A stretch of 57,183 nt of DNA, taken from positions 1 to 57,183 of the forward strand of contig JANMZN010000514.1 of the NCBI GenBank assembly GCA_031383285.1. Direction: 5' to 3'. The position numbers were made by a program, and so were the translations under genes. Origin of the DNA: Segetibacter sp. Its GTDB lineage: Bacteria; Bacteroidota; Bacteroidia; Chitinophagales; Chitinophagaceae. The notes beneath the pieces are model-generated. The model was not told where the DNA came from and searched no databases. It saw nothing but the letters and a program-made list of their open reading frames with translations. Positions 1-9,711 of this stretch are shown in pieces. How positions within the stretch are numbered: position 1 is the first letter of the stretch; every line of letters begins with the position of its first letter.

Positions 1-720
1 AATATTAACCGGATAAGCATAATCGCTCATCAACAATCTATAAATCCCTTCTACCAAATCATCAACGTAGCAGAATGACCGTGTTTGCGAACCATCGCCA
101 AAAACGGTAAGATCTTCACCTCTTAAGGCTTGTCCTATAAAGGCAGGCAAAGCCCTCCCATCATTTAGCCTCATTCGTGGTCCGAAAGTATTGAAAATAC
201 GTACTATCCGTGTTTCTACGCCATGAAAAGTATGGTAAGCCATCGTAATAGCTTCCTGAAACCTTTTTGCCTCATCATAAACACCCCTTGGGCCTACCGG
301 ATTTACATTTCCCCAATAATCTTCATTCTGAGGATGTACCAACGGATCGCCATAGACTTCGCTTGTAGAAGCAACAAGAATACGAGCCTTTTTATCCTTT
401 GCTAGACCAAGGCAATTGTGTGTACCCAATGAGCCCACTTTTAAGGTCTGAATTGGAATCTTTAAATAATCTATTGGACTAGCAGGAGATGCAAAATGAA
501 GGATATAATCGAGCTGACCAGAAATATGGATGTACTTAGTAACATCGTGATGAAAGAACTCGAAATTTTCTAATGGAAATAAATGCTCAATATTCTTTAG
601 ATCACCTGTAATCAGATTATCCATCGCTACTACATAATATCCCTCACCAATAAATCTATCACATAAATGCGAGCCTAAAAATCCAGCTGCTCCAGTAATA
701 AGGACTCTTTTTTTACGCAT
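1..720 (-). CDS. UDP-glucuronate decarboxylase (UDP-xylose synthase), SDR family; 3' end runs off the window
   Basis: Absent from the ORF track. Manual translation from ATG at 720 gives [23 protein letters not shown]...[33 protein letters not shown]...[10 protein letters not shown], with GxxGxxG, ASPASP and STSEVYGDP motifs. Lies directly downstream of ugd. Confidence 0.9.
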   Translation of the reverse strand, partial: MRKKRVLITGAAGFLGSHLCDRFIGEGYYVVAMDNLITGDLKNIEHLFPLENFEFFHHDVTKYIHISGQLDYILHFASPASPIDYLKIPIQTLKVGSLGTHNCLGLAKDKKARILVASTSEVYGDPLVHPQNEDYWGNVNPVGPRGVYDEAKRFQEAITMAYHTFHGVETRIVRIFNTFGPRMRLNDGRALPAFIGQALRGEDLTVFGDGSQTRSFCYVDDLVEGIYRLLMSDYAYPVNI

Positions 721-722
721 AA

Positions 723-2036
723 TTAATTTATTGTAACAGTTTTTCTACCAATGCTTTCATAATGAAATCCCCCATTTTTCATTTTCTCCAGATCGAATAA
801 ATTACGACCATCAAAAATAGTTTTTGATGGTAATATTTCGCTGATTTTATCGAAATCAGGGGTTCTGAACTCAGACCATTCCGTTGCAATAATTAAAGCA
901 TCTGAACTTTTCAATGCGTCATATTGATTATGGCAATATGTTAACTTATCGCCATAAATCTGCTTCACGTTATTCATTGACTCCGGGTCAAAAACTTGCA
1001 ATTTGCAATTGTCTTTCAACAATTCGTCTATAATCTCTAATGCCGGCGCTTCTCTAATATCATCAGTATTTGGTTTGAATGATAGCCCCCAAATTGCAAA
1101 GGTTCTACCGGAATAATCTCCAAAAAAGGCTTTCATTTTCTTAACCAAAAATGATTTTTGCTCTTGGTTTACCAGTTCTACTGCCTTCAAAATCTTAAAA
1201 TCATAATTCACATCAGATGATGATTTTACCAATGCCTTTACATCTTTTGGAAAACAACTTCCACCATAACCTATTCCGGGAAACAAAAACCTTTTACCAA
1301 TTCTTTCATCACTGCCAATACCCTTTCTAACTAAATCTACATCTGCGCCAAACAATTCACACAACCTAGCTATTTCATTCATGAAAGTGATCTTTGTCGC
1401 AAGGAAAGAATTAGCAGCATACTTTGTAAGTTCTGCCGAATTCTCGTCCATAAAAATAATTGGATTTCCTTGCCTTACAAATGGAGCATACAAGTCTAAC
1501 ATAATTTGTTTAGCTCTTTCAGATGTTGTACCAATAACAACGCGGTCGGGCTTCATAAAATCATCGACAGCTACTCCTTCTCTTAAAAATTCGGGATTGC
1601 TCACCACATCAAAATCAACTGTTGCATTTTTTTCTATAACACTTCTCACCTTATTAGCAGTTCCTACAGGTACTGTACTTTTGTCTATAATCACTTTATA
1701 TTCAGTAATTATCTTACCCAGATCATCTGCTACTTTTAAAATATATTTTAGATCGGCACTCCCATCTTCTCCAGGAGGCGTAGGCAAAGCCAGAAAAATG
1801 ATTTTCGCATCCTTTATACCTTCTTCTAAATTAGTAGTAAAACTTAAGCGTTGTTCTTTGATGTTACGAAGAAATAATTTTTCCAAGCCGGGTTCAAAAA
1901 TTGTAATTTCTCCATTAGAAAGCTTTGATATTTTATTTACATCAATATCAACACAAGTAACTACATTACCCGTTTCAGCAAAACAAGTGCCTGTTACCAA
2001 ACCTACATACCCTGTTCCAACAACAGCTATTTTCAT
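723..2036 (-). CDS. ugd: UDP-glucose 6-dehydrogenase
   Basis: GTGYVGL Rossmann motif, [16 protein letters not shown], catalytic [25 protein letters not shown]. Confidence 0.95.
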   Translation of the reverse strand: MKIAVVGTGYVGLVTGTCFAETGNVVTCVDIDVNKISKLSNGEITIFEPGLEKLFLRNIKEQRLSFTTNLEEGIKDAKIIFLALPTPPGEDGSADLKYILKVADDLGKIITEYKVIIDKSTVPVGTANKVRSVIEKNATVDFDVVSNPEFLREGVAVDDFMKPDRVVIGTTSERAKQIMLDLYAPFVRQGNPIIFMDENSAELTKYAANSFLATKITFMNEIARLCELFGADVDLVRKGIGSDERIGKRFLFPGIGYGGSCFPKDVKALVKSSSDVNYDFKILKAVELVNQEQKSFLVKKMKAFFGDYSGRTFAIWGLSFKPNTDDIREAPALEIIDELLKDNCKLQVFDPESMNNVKQIYGDKLTYCHNQYDALKSSDALIIATEWSEFRTPDFDKISEILPSKTIFDGRNLFDLEKMKNGGFHYESIGRKTVTIN

Positions 2037-2071
2037 GTAATAAAGCGTTTTTTAGTTAATTATTTATGCAA

Positions 2072-3448
2072 TTAAAAAGCGTTCTCTTCTCCCCTTATGC
2101 TATTATATATTGTCAGCAATATTATTTTAAAATCAAGCCACATACTCCAATTCTCCATATACCAAATGTCATGTTCGATTCTTCCATGAAGGTCTTTGGT
2201 CATCTTTATTTCACCTCTATAACCATTAATTTGAGCCCACCCGGTAACCCCAGGCTTTACATAATGCCTTATCATATAATGATTAAGTAATTGAGAATAT
2301 TCTTCTGTATGCTTTAGCATGTGAGGTCTAGGTCCAACCACCGACATTTCGCCACGAAATACATTGAAAAACTGAGGCAATTCATCAATATTGCTTTTAC
2401 GAAGAAAGCGACCAATCCTGGTGTAACGATTGTCATCTCTTGTAACCTGTTTTTCATTAGCATCCTGGTTTACCTTGAGGCTTCTAAATTTGTAGCAAAG
2501 GAATGGCAAGTTGTTTTTTCCTGACCTTAATTGCGTAAAAAATACAGGACCTCTTGAATCTAACTTAATAATAATAGCCATCAATGGAACTAACCAAGAA
2601 AGTAGCCCAAAAATAAGCAGGATGCTAAACACGACATCAAAAGCTCTTTTCTTTATTTGACTGTCAAGATTTTCAAGTGGTTCAGTTCGTAATGAGAGGA
2701 TGGGGATATTCCTGGCAAAATCAATATGAACTTTTCTATTGATAAACAACTTAAAATCAGGTACAAATTTAAACCTAATAAAATTTGTTTCTGCATCGTG
2801 CGCCAAGTCATATAAGTATAGATTCCTTTCGGGAGAAACTGTAGAGTAAATTTCTGAAATATTATTGGCAATTGCATAGGTAACTACATCATTTATCTTC
2901 CCTAAGAAAGGGAAATCAAGCGAAGCTTCATTATCATTTTTATCTTCAAAATAACCAACAGTTGTAATAGAATGGTCATATTTATTAAAGTTGTCAACCA
3001 ATTTTTTTGCAAGGTCATTGTATCCAATGATTACTACTCTTTTATCTGTCGGATAATGTCTTCTGATGTAATATGCGGCACCCGAATACAAAGTTCGGCT
3101 AATGACAATAAGGGTTCCAAAGCCTACATAAGTAAGAATTACATATAATCTGGAGTAACTAAAATAATAAAGAAATATTGCCAATAAGGAAACAGCAAAG
3201 AATATAATGAATGTTGTAATAGATTTTCTGAAGAAATAATCGTGATTTTTTTGTTTGCCAACATAAAGCGACAATGCAAAAGCGCAAATTATCCATGCAG
3301 CATTGTTTATTATGAACAGAATAAAATAGTCCCGAGATACAGGTATTCGCTCCATAAACAACATCAGAACTGAATGCACTATGTTTAGGCACACAAGATC
3401 GAAAACAGCAAATGAAAACCTGAAAAGGTTACTTGAGCGGCTATTCAT
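2072..3448 (-). CDS. wcaJ: Undecaprenyl-phosphate glucose phosphotransferase (initiating phosphoglycosyltransferase)
   Basis: N-terminal TM helices, KRAFD, KFRSL, DELPQFFNV, MSVVGPRP, VKPGVTGWAQING, DIWY motifs. Confidence 0.9.
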   Translation of the reverse strand: MNSRSSNLFRFSFAVFDLVCLNIVHSVLMLFMERIPVSRDYFILFIINNAAWIICAFALSLYVGKQKNHDYFFRKSITTFIIFFAVSLLAIFLYYFSYSRLYVILTYVGFGTLIVISRTLYSGAAYYIRRHYPTDKRVVIIGYNDLAKKLVDNFNKYDHSITTVGYFEDKNDNEASLDFPFLGKINDVVTYAIANNISEIYSTVSPERNLYLYDLAHDAETNFIRFKFVPDFKLFINRKVHIDFARNIPILSLRTEPLENLDSQIKKRAFDVVFSILLIFGLLSWLVPLMAIIIKLDSRGPVFFTQLRSGKNNLPFLCYKFRSLKVNQDANEKQVTRDDNRYTRIGRFLRKSNIDELPQFFNVFRGEMSVVGPRPHMLKHTEEYSQLLNHYMIRHYVKPGVTGWAQINGYRGEIKMTKDLHGRIEHDIWYMENWSMWLDFKIILLTIYNSIRGEENAF

Positions 3449-3590
3449 AAATATTAAATACTATACGATCAATTACCATAACAATAAAAGAAACCATGCT
3501 AATCGAAACAGATCATTGACAGAAGCAGATTAAGAAATTAAACTACTTAATTAATGTTAATGATCTTGATTACTTTTAAATGAATTAAAT

Positions 3591-4448
3591 TTAAATAATC
3601 CTGCGAAGATAGTCTCCATAACCACTTTTTGCATATTTTTTTGCAATTTCAAACAAACCATCCTTTGATAAAAACCCCATTCTATATGCAACTTCCTCAA
3701 TACACCCAATTTTCTGACCTTGCCTTTTTTCAATAACTCTAACGAACTCCGATGCATCACTTAGCGAATCGAAAGTTCCTGTATCAAGCCAAGCCGTCCC
3801 TCTATCCATAACTCCAACCTTTAGCATGCCATTATTCAAATAAACTCTATTGACATCTGTAATTTCATATTCGCCTCTTGCCGATGGCTGAATATTCTTA
3901 GCAATATGAACTACGCTGTTGTCATAAAAATAAAGGCCCGGGACTGCAAAATTTGATTTCGGATTTATAGGTTTTTCTTCAATGCTTACCGCATTAAATT
4001 TTTCATCAAACTCTATAACTCCATACCGCTCAGGATCCGCTACTTCATATGCAAACACAGCAGCACCATCTACATCATAAAATGACTGAACCAATTTACT
4101 AAACCCGCTTCCATAAAAAATATTATCTCCTAATATGAGTGCTACTTTTTCATTCCCAATAAAATTTTCACCTATTACAAATGCTTGTGCTAGTCCATTC
4201 GGAACTTCCTGGACTGCATAGGAAAAATAGCAACCTATTTCATGCCCATCACCCAATAAGCGCTGAAAGTTTGCGCTATCCTCTGGCGTTGTAATAATCA
4301 AGATTTCTTTTATCCCGGCTAGCAGCAATACCGATATTGGATAATAAATCATTGGCTTATCATAGATAGGCATCAACTGCTTACTTACTGCCTTAGTGAT
4401 TGGAAACAATCTTGTTCCTGATCCACCTGCTAGTATTATTCCCTTCAT
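3591..4448 (-). CDS. rfbA: Glucose-1-phosphate thymidylyltransferase RmlA
   Basis: [43 protein letters not shown]. Start moved to the ATG at 4448. Confidence 0.96.
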   Translation of the reverse strand: MKGIILAGGSGTRLFPITKAVSKQLMPIYDKPMIYYPISVLLLAGIKEILIITTPEDSANFQRLLGDGHEIGCYFSYAVQEVPNGLAQAFVIGENFIGNEKVALILGDNIFYGSGFSKLVQSFYDVDGAAVFAYEVADPERYGVIEFDEKFNAVSIEEKPINPKSNFAVPGLYFYDNSVVHIAKNIQPSARGEYEITDVNRVYLNNGMLKVGVMDRGTAWLDTGTFDSLSDASEFVRVIEKRQGQKIGCIEEVAYRMGFLSKDGLFEIAKKYAKSGYGDYLRRII

Positions 4449-4485
4449 GCTAAAATAAAAAATTAGGAATTGAAAAAATATTGAA

Positions 4486-5052
4486 TTATTGGACTTCAAA
4501 TGAGTTACTGCCTTTCAAATTCTCCAAAAGAGGCAATTGCTTATCTTTAGTAGAAACGATTAAATCTTCTATTTTAAACTGCCAATCAATATTAATAGCA
4601 GGATCATTGTATAAAATACCACCCTCAAAATTTTTGTTGTAATAATTGTCACATTTGTAAAAAAAATCTGCAGTTTCACTCAAGACAACAAAACCATGGG
4701 CAAATCCTCGGGGAATAAAAAGTTGAGTTCCTGAACTTTCAGATAATTCTACTGCCAAATATTGCCCATAAGTAGGTGAATTTTGCCTAATGTCAACTGC
4801 AACATCAAGGACTGTGCCTTTTAAAACCCTAACTAATTTAGCCTGTGAAAATTCTCCCACCTGAAAATGCAATCCTCGCAATACTCCTTTGAAAGAATGA
4901 GATTGATTATCTTGTATAAAATTGACATTTAATCCTGTATTTTTTTTGAAGGCTAGTTCATTATAGCTTTCAAAAAAATATCCTCTTTCATCCTTATATA
5001 CGTTGTCTTGTATTAGATAGCAACCTTGAAGTTTTGTTTGTTCTACTTTCAT
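4486..5052 (-). CDS. rfbC: dTDP-4-dehydrorhamnose 3,5-epimerase RmlC
   Basis: [43 protein letters not shown]. Confidence 0.96.
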   Translation of the reverse strand: MKVEQTKLQGCYLIQDNVYKDERGYFFESYNELAFKKNTGLNVNFIQDNQSHSFKGVLRGLHFQVGEFSQAKLVRVLKGTVLDVAVDIRQNSPTYGQYLAVELSESSGTQLFIPRGFAHGFVVLSETADFFYKCDNYYNKNFEGGILYNDPAINIDWQFKIEDLIVSTKDKQLPLLENLKGSNSFEVQ

Positions 5053-5054
5053 TT

Positions 5055-6110
5055 CTATCTATTATCATACATTTTGCTATAATACTGCATATAAGAACCA
5101 GAGGTTACATGGGTAAGCCATTCTTCGTTTCTTAGATACCAATCAATGGTTATAGCCAACCCTTCCTCAAAAGTAACAGATGGATACCAGCCTAACTCTT
5201 TATTAATCTTTGCTGCATCTATTGCATACCTCCTATCATGTCCGGGTCTATCTTTTACGTACAAAATCAGGTTTTCGCTAGTACCTGATGGATTGCCCAA
5301 TTTTTCATCCATTAATTTGCAGAGCAACTTTACCAAATCAATATTTTTCCATTCATTGAAACCTCCAATATTGTATGTTTCGCTTGGAATACCTTTATGA
5401 AAAACTGCATCTATTGCAGTGGCATGGTCTTTTACAAATAACCAATCTCTTGTGTATAGTCCATCCCCATATACGGGCAATGCTTTTTTTGTAATAATAT
5501 TATTAATAAATAAAGGAATGAGTTTTTCCGGAAAATGAAATGGTCCATAATTGTTTGAACAATTAGAAATGACAAAGGGCAAATCAAATGTTTCTCCATA
5601 GGCCCTAACAAAATGGTCTGATGAAGCTTTGCTTGCTGAATAAGGCGAGTTGGGATGATAAGGTGTAGATTCTGTAAAATAACCAGTATTGCCTAGCGCT
5701 CCATAAACTTCATCTGTGGAAACATGATAGAATAGCTTACCTGAAAATTCATTCTTCCAATATTTTTTTGCTGCATTTAATAAGTTTACGGTGCCAACAA
5801 CATTGGTATAAACAAAATCCATAGGTGAGTGAATAGAACGATCCACATGAGATTCAGCGGCGAGGTGAATAACATGAGTTATTTTATGGGTTTCGAAAAC
5901 TTTATCAAGATCTGGAATGTCTAAAATATTTGTTCGCTCAAAAAAATAGTTAGGAGCGGCTTCAATGTCTCTCAAATTTTCAAGGTTTCCAGCATAAGTA
6001 AGTGCATCAAGATTGATGATCTTATATTCAGGATACTTATTAACAAACAATCTTACTACATGAGAACCTATAAACCCAGCACCTCCCGTAATTAGGATAT
6101 TCTTACTCAT
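5055..6110 (-). CDS. rfbB: dTDP-glucose 4,6-dehydratase RmlB
   Basis: GGAGFIGS, LDALTYAGN, AAESHVDRSI, STDEVYG, YSASKA, DRPGHDRRYA. Confidence 0.96.
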   Translation of the reverse strand: MSKNILITGGAGFIGSHVVRLFVNKYPEYKIINLDALTYAGNLENLRDIEAAPNYFFERTNILDIPDLDKVFETHKITHVIHLAAESHVDRSIHSPMDFVYTNVVGTVNLLNAAKKYWKNEFSGKLFYHVSTDEVYGALGNTGYFTESTPYHPNSPYSASKASSDHFVRAYGETFDLPFVISNCSNNYGPFHFPEKLIPLFINNIITKKALPVYGDGLYTRDWLFVKDHATAIDAVFHKGIPSETYNIGGFNEWKNIDLVKLLCKLMDEKLGNPSGTSENLILYVKDRPGHDRRYAIDAAKINKELGWYPSVTFEEGLAITIDWYLRNEEWLTHVTSGSYMQYYSKMYDNR

Positions 6111-6144
6111 ATTGCATTTAATGTTTCAAAATAATGATAAGAAG

Positions 6145-6152
6145 CAAAGATA
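6145..6152 (-). promoter_or_regulatory. Putative Bacteroidota primary-sigma -7 promoter element (TATCTTTG) upstream of rmlB
   Basis: Exact TAnnTTTG match 35 nt upstream of the rmlB start within a 192-nt gap. No clean -33 TTTG at the expected spacing. Confidence 0.5.
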
Positions 6153-6268
6153 TAAAAATGATATTCCCACAGAACTTTACAATTGAATGGGAACAACCAA
6201 GCACTAAACAACAATTTCCAAGAATCTAAAACACCCAGCAATTAATAAATTTATTCGCAAAACAGCGG

Positions 6269-6296
6269 CTCATTGCAAAAAATGCAGCTCAATGAG
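6269..6296 (-). terminator. Possible weak stem-loop ending the sulfated-polysaccharide operon
   Basis: CTCATTG...CAATGAG inverted repeat starting about 6 nt after the GT4 stop at 6303. The U-tract is poor. Confidence 0.25.
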
Positions 6297-6302
6297 TTAA
6301 TA

Positions 6303-7496
6303 TTAGTTTTGCAATACAGTATTATAAACGGCTAATAAATTCTTGCTTTCAAATTCCCATGATAATTCATTAATCACTCTATTATAGCCAAATTCACCCA
6401 TTTTACTTCTTTCCTCAGGATGATCTGCCAACCACATAATCTTATCAGCAAAATCCTGGGTACTAGTGTTAGTTGCATATAAAGAAGCTTCCAAAGCAGA
6501 GAACCTGCCTTCTTTCAAATCATATTGAACAATAGGCTTTTTCAATGCCATGTACTCCATGATTTTATTCATTGTGGACAGGTTGTTCATTTCTGTTGGG
6601 CGGTCCGGATTTACACAGATGTCAGCAGTATTTAGAATATCTACCATTGCTTCATCGTCTACTCGTCCGTAAAAGTCAACAAATTCACTGAGCCCCATTG
6701 TTTTTGCCTGGTCAACAATCTTCTGAAGCTCTGTACCTCCACCTACAATTGCAAATTGAATATCAGTTCTCTTTTGACTAATATACTTTACAGATTCAAG
6801 TAAAAGATCCAAACCCTCTTGCTCGCCAATAACGCCAACATAACCAACTAAAAAATTTCGTCCTTTTTTATATTTCACATTTCCTTCCGTCAACTTTAAT
6901 CGATCTAACTTTGGTCCGCTTCTTACAACAAAAACCTTATCTGAAGGCATTTTACCACGTTCTATTGCTATCTCCCTGTATGAATTGTTTGTAGCTATAC
7001 TATAGTTTGCTGTAAGAAATGTCAAACGCTCTACGACAAGTAGAAACTTATAGAAAATTCCCTTTTTATTGTATTTCGCAATGTATAGTTCTGGGTTAAT
7101 ATCATGGTGATCAAAAACATACTTTACACCTAAAAGTTTATAAAAAATTGCAACAATAAAAATGAGATCAGGAGGATTGCAACCATGAATTACATGAAAT
7201 TTTTTACGAGAATAAATCTTCAAGCTTAACCAGAATTCCCAAAAAAGTGCAGTTGAATATTCAAACAAATAACCAATGGCACCACTGGCTTCATAGGGCA
7301 AAGGGTGGCGATAGATATGAATGTCATTTATAACTTCATACCTTTTTGTGTAACCCTTCATGACCGGGGAAATAATTGATACTTCAGCACCATTTTCCCG
7401 CAATGTATTTGCTTCCTGCCACACCCTTCTGTCAAAGGGTAATGGAAGGTTTTCCACGATCATCACAATATGTTTTCCTGCGAGGTTGTTTTGCAT
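6303..7496 (-). CDS. Glycosyltransferase family 4
   Basis: GT-B fold features: MIVENLPLPFDRRVWQEA, DHHDINPE, STMNKIMEYMALKKPIV. Confidence 0.9.
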   Translation of the reverse strand: MQNNLAGKHIVMIVENLPLPFDRRVWQEANTLRENGAEVSIISPVMKGYTKRYEVINDIHIYRHPLPYEASGAIGYLFEYSTALFWEFWLSLKIYSRKKFHVIHGCNPPDLIFIVAIFYKLLGVKYVFDHHDINPELYIAKYNKKGIFYKFLLVVERLTFLTANYSIATNNSYREIAIERGKMPSDKVFVVRSGPKLDRLKLTEGNVKYKKGRNFLVGYVGVIGEQEGLDLLLESVKYISQKRTDIQFAIVGGGTELQKIVDQAKTMGLSEFVDFYGRVDDEAMVDILNTADICVNPDRPTEMNNLSTMNKIMEYMALKKPIVQYDLKEGRFSALEASLYATNTSTQDFADKIMWLADHPEERSKMGEFGYNRVINELSWEFESKNLLAVYNTVLQN

Positions 7497-7507
7497 TATA
7501 GACTTCT

Positions 7508-8818
7508 TTACCAGTTAATACCGATATAATTGTTATTCTGTTGCCAAGTGCTTTCTGGCAATTTTACCAAATCAATGACAGTTTTGCCAGATACCGATTG
7601 CAAATTTTGAATAAACTCTTCTTCCTTATTGCAAACAACAATTACATCACTCTCCTCAATAACTTTCTTTATGTCCGGATTTAATATTTTGGTAAGATGT
7701 GGAATGTGTTTTTCAATATATTCCTTATTCTTTCCAGTTAACCTGGCAAGTTGAATGTTCTTGTCATAAATACTAACGTCGAAGCCCTTACCTAACATAG
7801 TCTCTACCAACTCCACAGAAGGGCTATTTCTAAGGTCATCTGTTCCTGCTTTAAAGCTCAATCCAAGGACCGCTACTTTCTTACCAAAATACTTACTCAA
7901 CAAACTTACAGCTCGCTGAATTTGTATGTCATTTGTTTGCTGAATGCTATCCACTACCGGAACTTTTACATATAGGTCATGAGCCAATGTTTGAAATCCT
8001 TTAAGGTCTTTAGGTAAGCATGATCCACCATAAGCAAATCCTGGCTTAAAATAATAAGGTGAAATATTGAGTTGTTTATCCTTACAAAAAATCTCCATCA
8101 CTTTATGTGAGTCGATATTTAATGCACTACATACATTTCCTACTTCATTGGCAAATGAAATTTTCAAAGCATGGAAAGTATTATTTACATACTTCATTAT
8201 TTCTGCCACTTTGGTCTCCACAATAATTACTTCTCCAGGCAATTGGTTATAAAGACTTGCTATTTTATCAGTTGCTAATTTAGACTCACCCCCAATAAGT
8301 GTTAATGGCGGATTGTAATAGTCGCTAACTGCCGACCCTTCTCTCAAAAACTCAGGGTTATCAACTACTGCAAAATCTACCCCTCTTTTCTTACCAGACT
8401 CCTGCTCCAAAATATTGCTAAATTTCTCACATGTCCCAGGCAAAACTGTAGAACGAATTGCAACTACATGAAAGGCGCTTTTTTCTTTAAGCACCTTTCC
8501 AATATTTGATGCTACAAGGAATATATAATCCAGATTTAAGTGCCCTTGTGGTGAAGATGGCGTACCAACAGCCACAATCGAAACTTCTGAATTCAGAATG
8601 GCCTCCCGATGCTCAGTCGTTGCACTAATTCTTCCAGCTTCATGCTGTTGTTTAATAATTACATCAATATCCTTTTCTATGATAGTTGCTTCTCCCCTAT
8701 TTATTTGTTCTACTTTATCTTTACTAACATCCACTCCAATTACATTGTGACCGTTTTGCGCAAGGCAACCTAGGCTAACGCAGCCTACATATCCTAAACC
8801 AAAAATGCTAATATCCAT
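7508..8818 (-). CDS. GDP-mannose 6-dehydrogenase-like (AlgD-like) nucleotide-sugar dehydrogenase
   Basis: [43 protein letters not shown] and NKEYIEKHIPH segments recall Pseudomonas AlgD more than Ugd. Confidence 0.85.
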   Translation of the reverse strand: MDISIFGLGYVGCVSLGCLAQNGHNVIGVDVSKDKVEQINRGEATIIEKDIDVIIKQQHEAGRISATTEHREAILNSEVSIVAVGTPSSPQGHLNLDYIFLVASNIGKVLKEKSAFHVVAIRSTVLPGTCEKFSNILEQESGKKRGVDFAVVDNPEFLREGSAVSDYYNPPLTLIGGESKLATDKIASLYNQLPGEVIIVETKVAEIMKYVNNTFHALKISFANEVGNVCSALNIDSHKVMEIFCKDKQLNISPYYFKPGFAYGGSCLPKDLKGFQTLAHDLYVKVPVVDSIQQTNDIQIQRAVSLLSKYFGKKVAVLGLSFKAGTDDLRNSPSVELVETMLGKGFDVSIYDKNIQLARLTGKNKEYIEKHIPHLTKILNPDIKKVIEESDVIVVCNKEEEFIQNLQSVSGKTVIDLVKLPESTWQQNNNYIGINW

Positions 8819-8820
8819 AA

Positions 8821-9711
8821 TTAAATTTTATTTTTTTTATACCATAATATTTGATGAATAGGCAACATAATGCTGTCAAAAAAATTGCTCTTTTTATCAG
8901 TAGATTCCTTTTCTGATTTAAAAATAATTGAATGTTTTAGTCTTAGCCTGTTGCCATCGAAAAGTGAACCAACAGAAAGCGGTTCCTGAACCGAAATTCT
9001 GCTTTTTGGTATAGAAAGATCGATCATAATATCGTTTTCTACCACTTTTAATGTTGTAATCGGATCTTTAATTAAATTATCAAATGTTATTGTTGCAACT
9101 TTACTATTCTTTTTAATTTTCTTCAAAATCAATCTGCAAATAGAATTGACAACAAGAAGGTATAAATGGGCTAACACCCGGTTTTTTGCGGGCTGTTCTA
9201 CATCCTTTTTTTGAAAAGATTGTACAACTTCTGTTGGATGTCTGTTGATGTAAACAAATGCTATTTCCTTCTTAAAAATACTGGACAGAAAATAACCCCT
9301 TAGCGGATATTTTGAAGAGTCTATTATGATTGATTTTTCGCCTACTATTTTAAGTTGAGCATGTATTACTTTAAATAAGTCCTTTTGAAAATTTGAATAG
9401 CTAGCAAAATCTTTCGATTTGAAAATATTATTATTCCAAACATTATAAAACCATTTGTGATACTCAAATTTTTGAAATTGATTGAATAATAATTCAGGTT
9501 CGGGATAACCAAGTTTTAGCAATTCAGCAGTAATCCCTTTCCAGAATTCTTGAACATCTACATCTCGTGGAGAATGGGGAATTCCATTTCTTTTAGTAAA
9601 CCGATTTAGCTCCCCTGCACTAAACAACTCTTCACCATTGCCTAGAATAATATCAAGTAATGTTGTTCCGCTTCTGCCGGTTCCTATGATGTAGACTATT
9701 TTCGTTTCCAT
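8821..9711 (-). CDS. Sulfotransferase (PAPS-dependent)
   Basis: 5'-PSB loop IIGTGRSGTTLL, IIDSSKYP, 3'-PB-like NRHPTEVVQS. Confidence 0.8.
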   Translation of the reverse strand: METKIVYIIGTGRSGTTLLDIILGNGEELFSAGELNRFTKRNGIPHSPRDVDVQEFWKGITAELLKLGYPEPELLFNQFQKFEYHKWFYNVWNNNIFKSKDFASYSNFQKDLFKVIHAQLKIVGEKSIIIDSSKYPLRGYFLSSIFKKEIAFVYINRHPTEVVQSFQKKDVEQPAKNRVLAHLYLLVVNSICRLILKKIKKNSKVATITFDNLIKDPITTLKVVENDIMIDLSIPKSRISVQEPLSVGSLFDGNRLRLKHSIIFKSEKESTDKKSNFFDSIMLPIHQILWYKKNKI

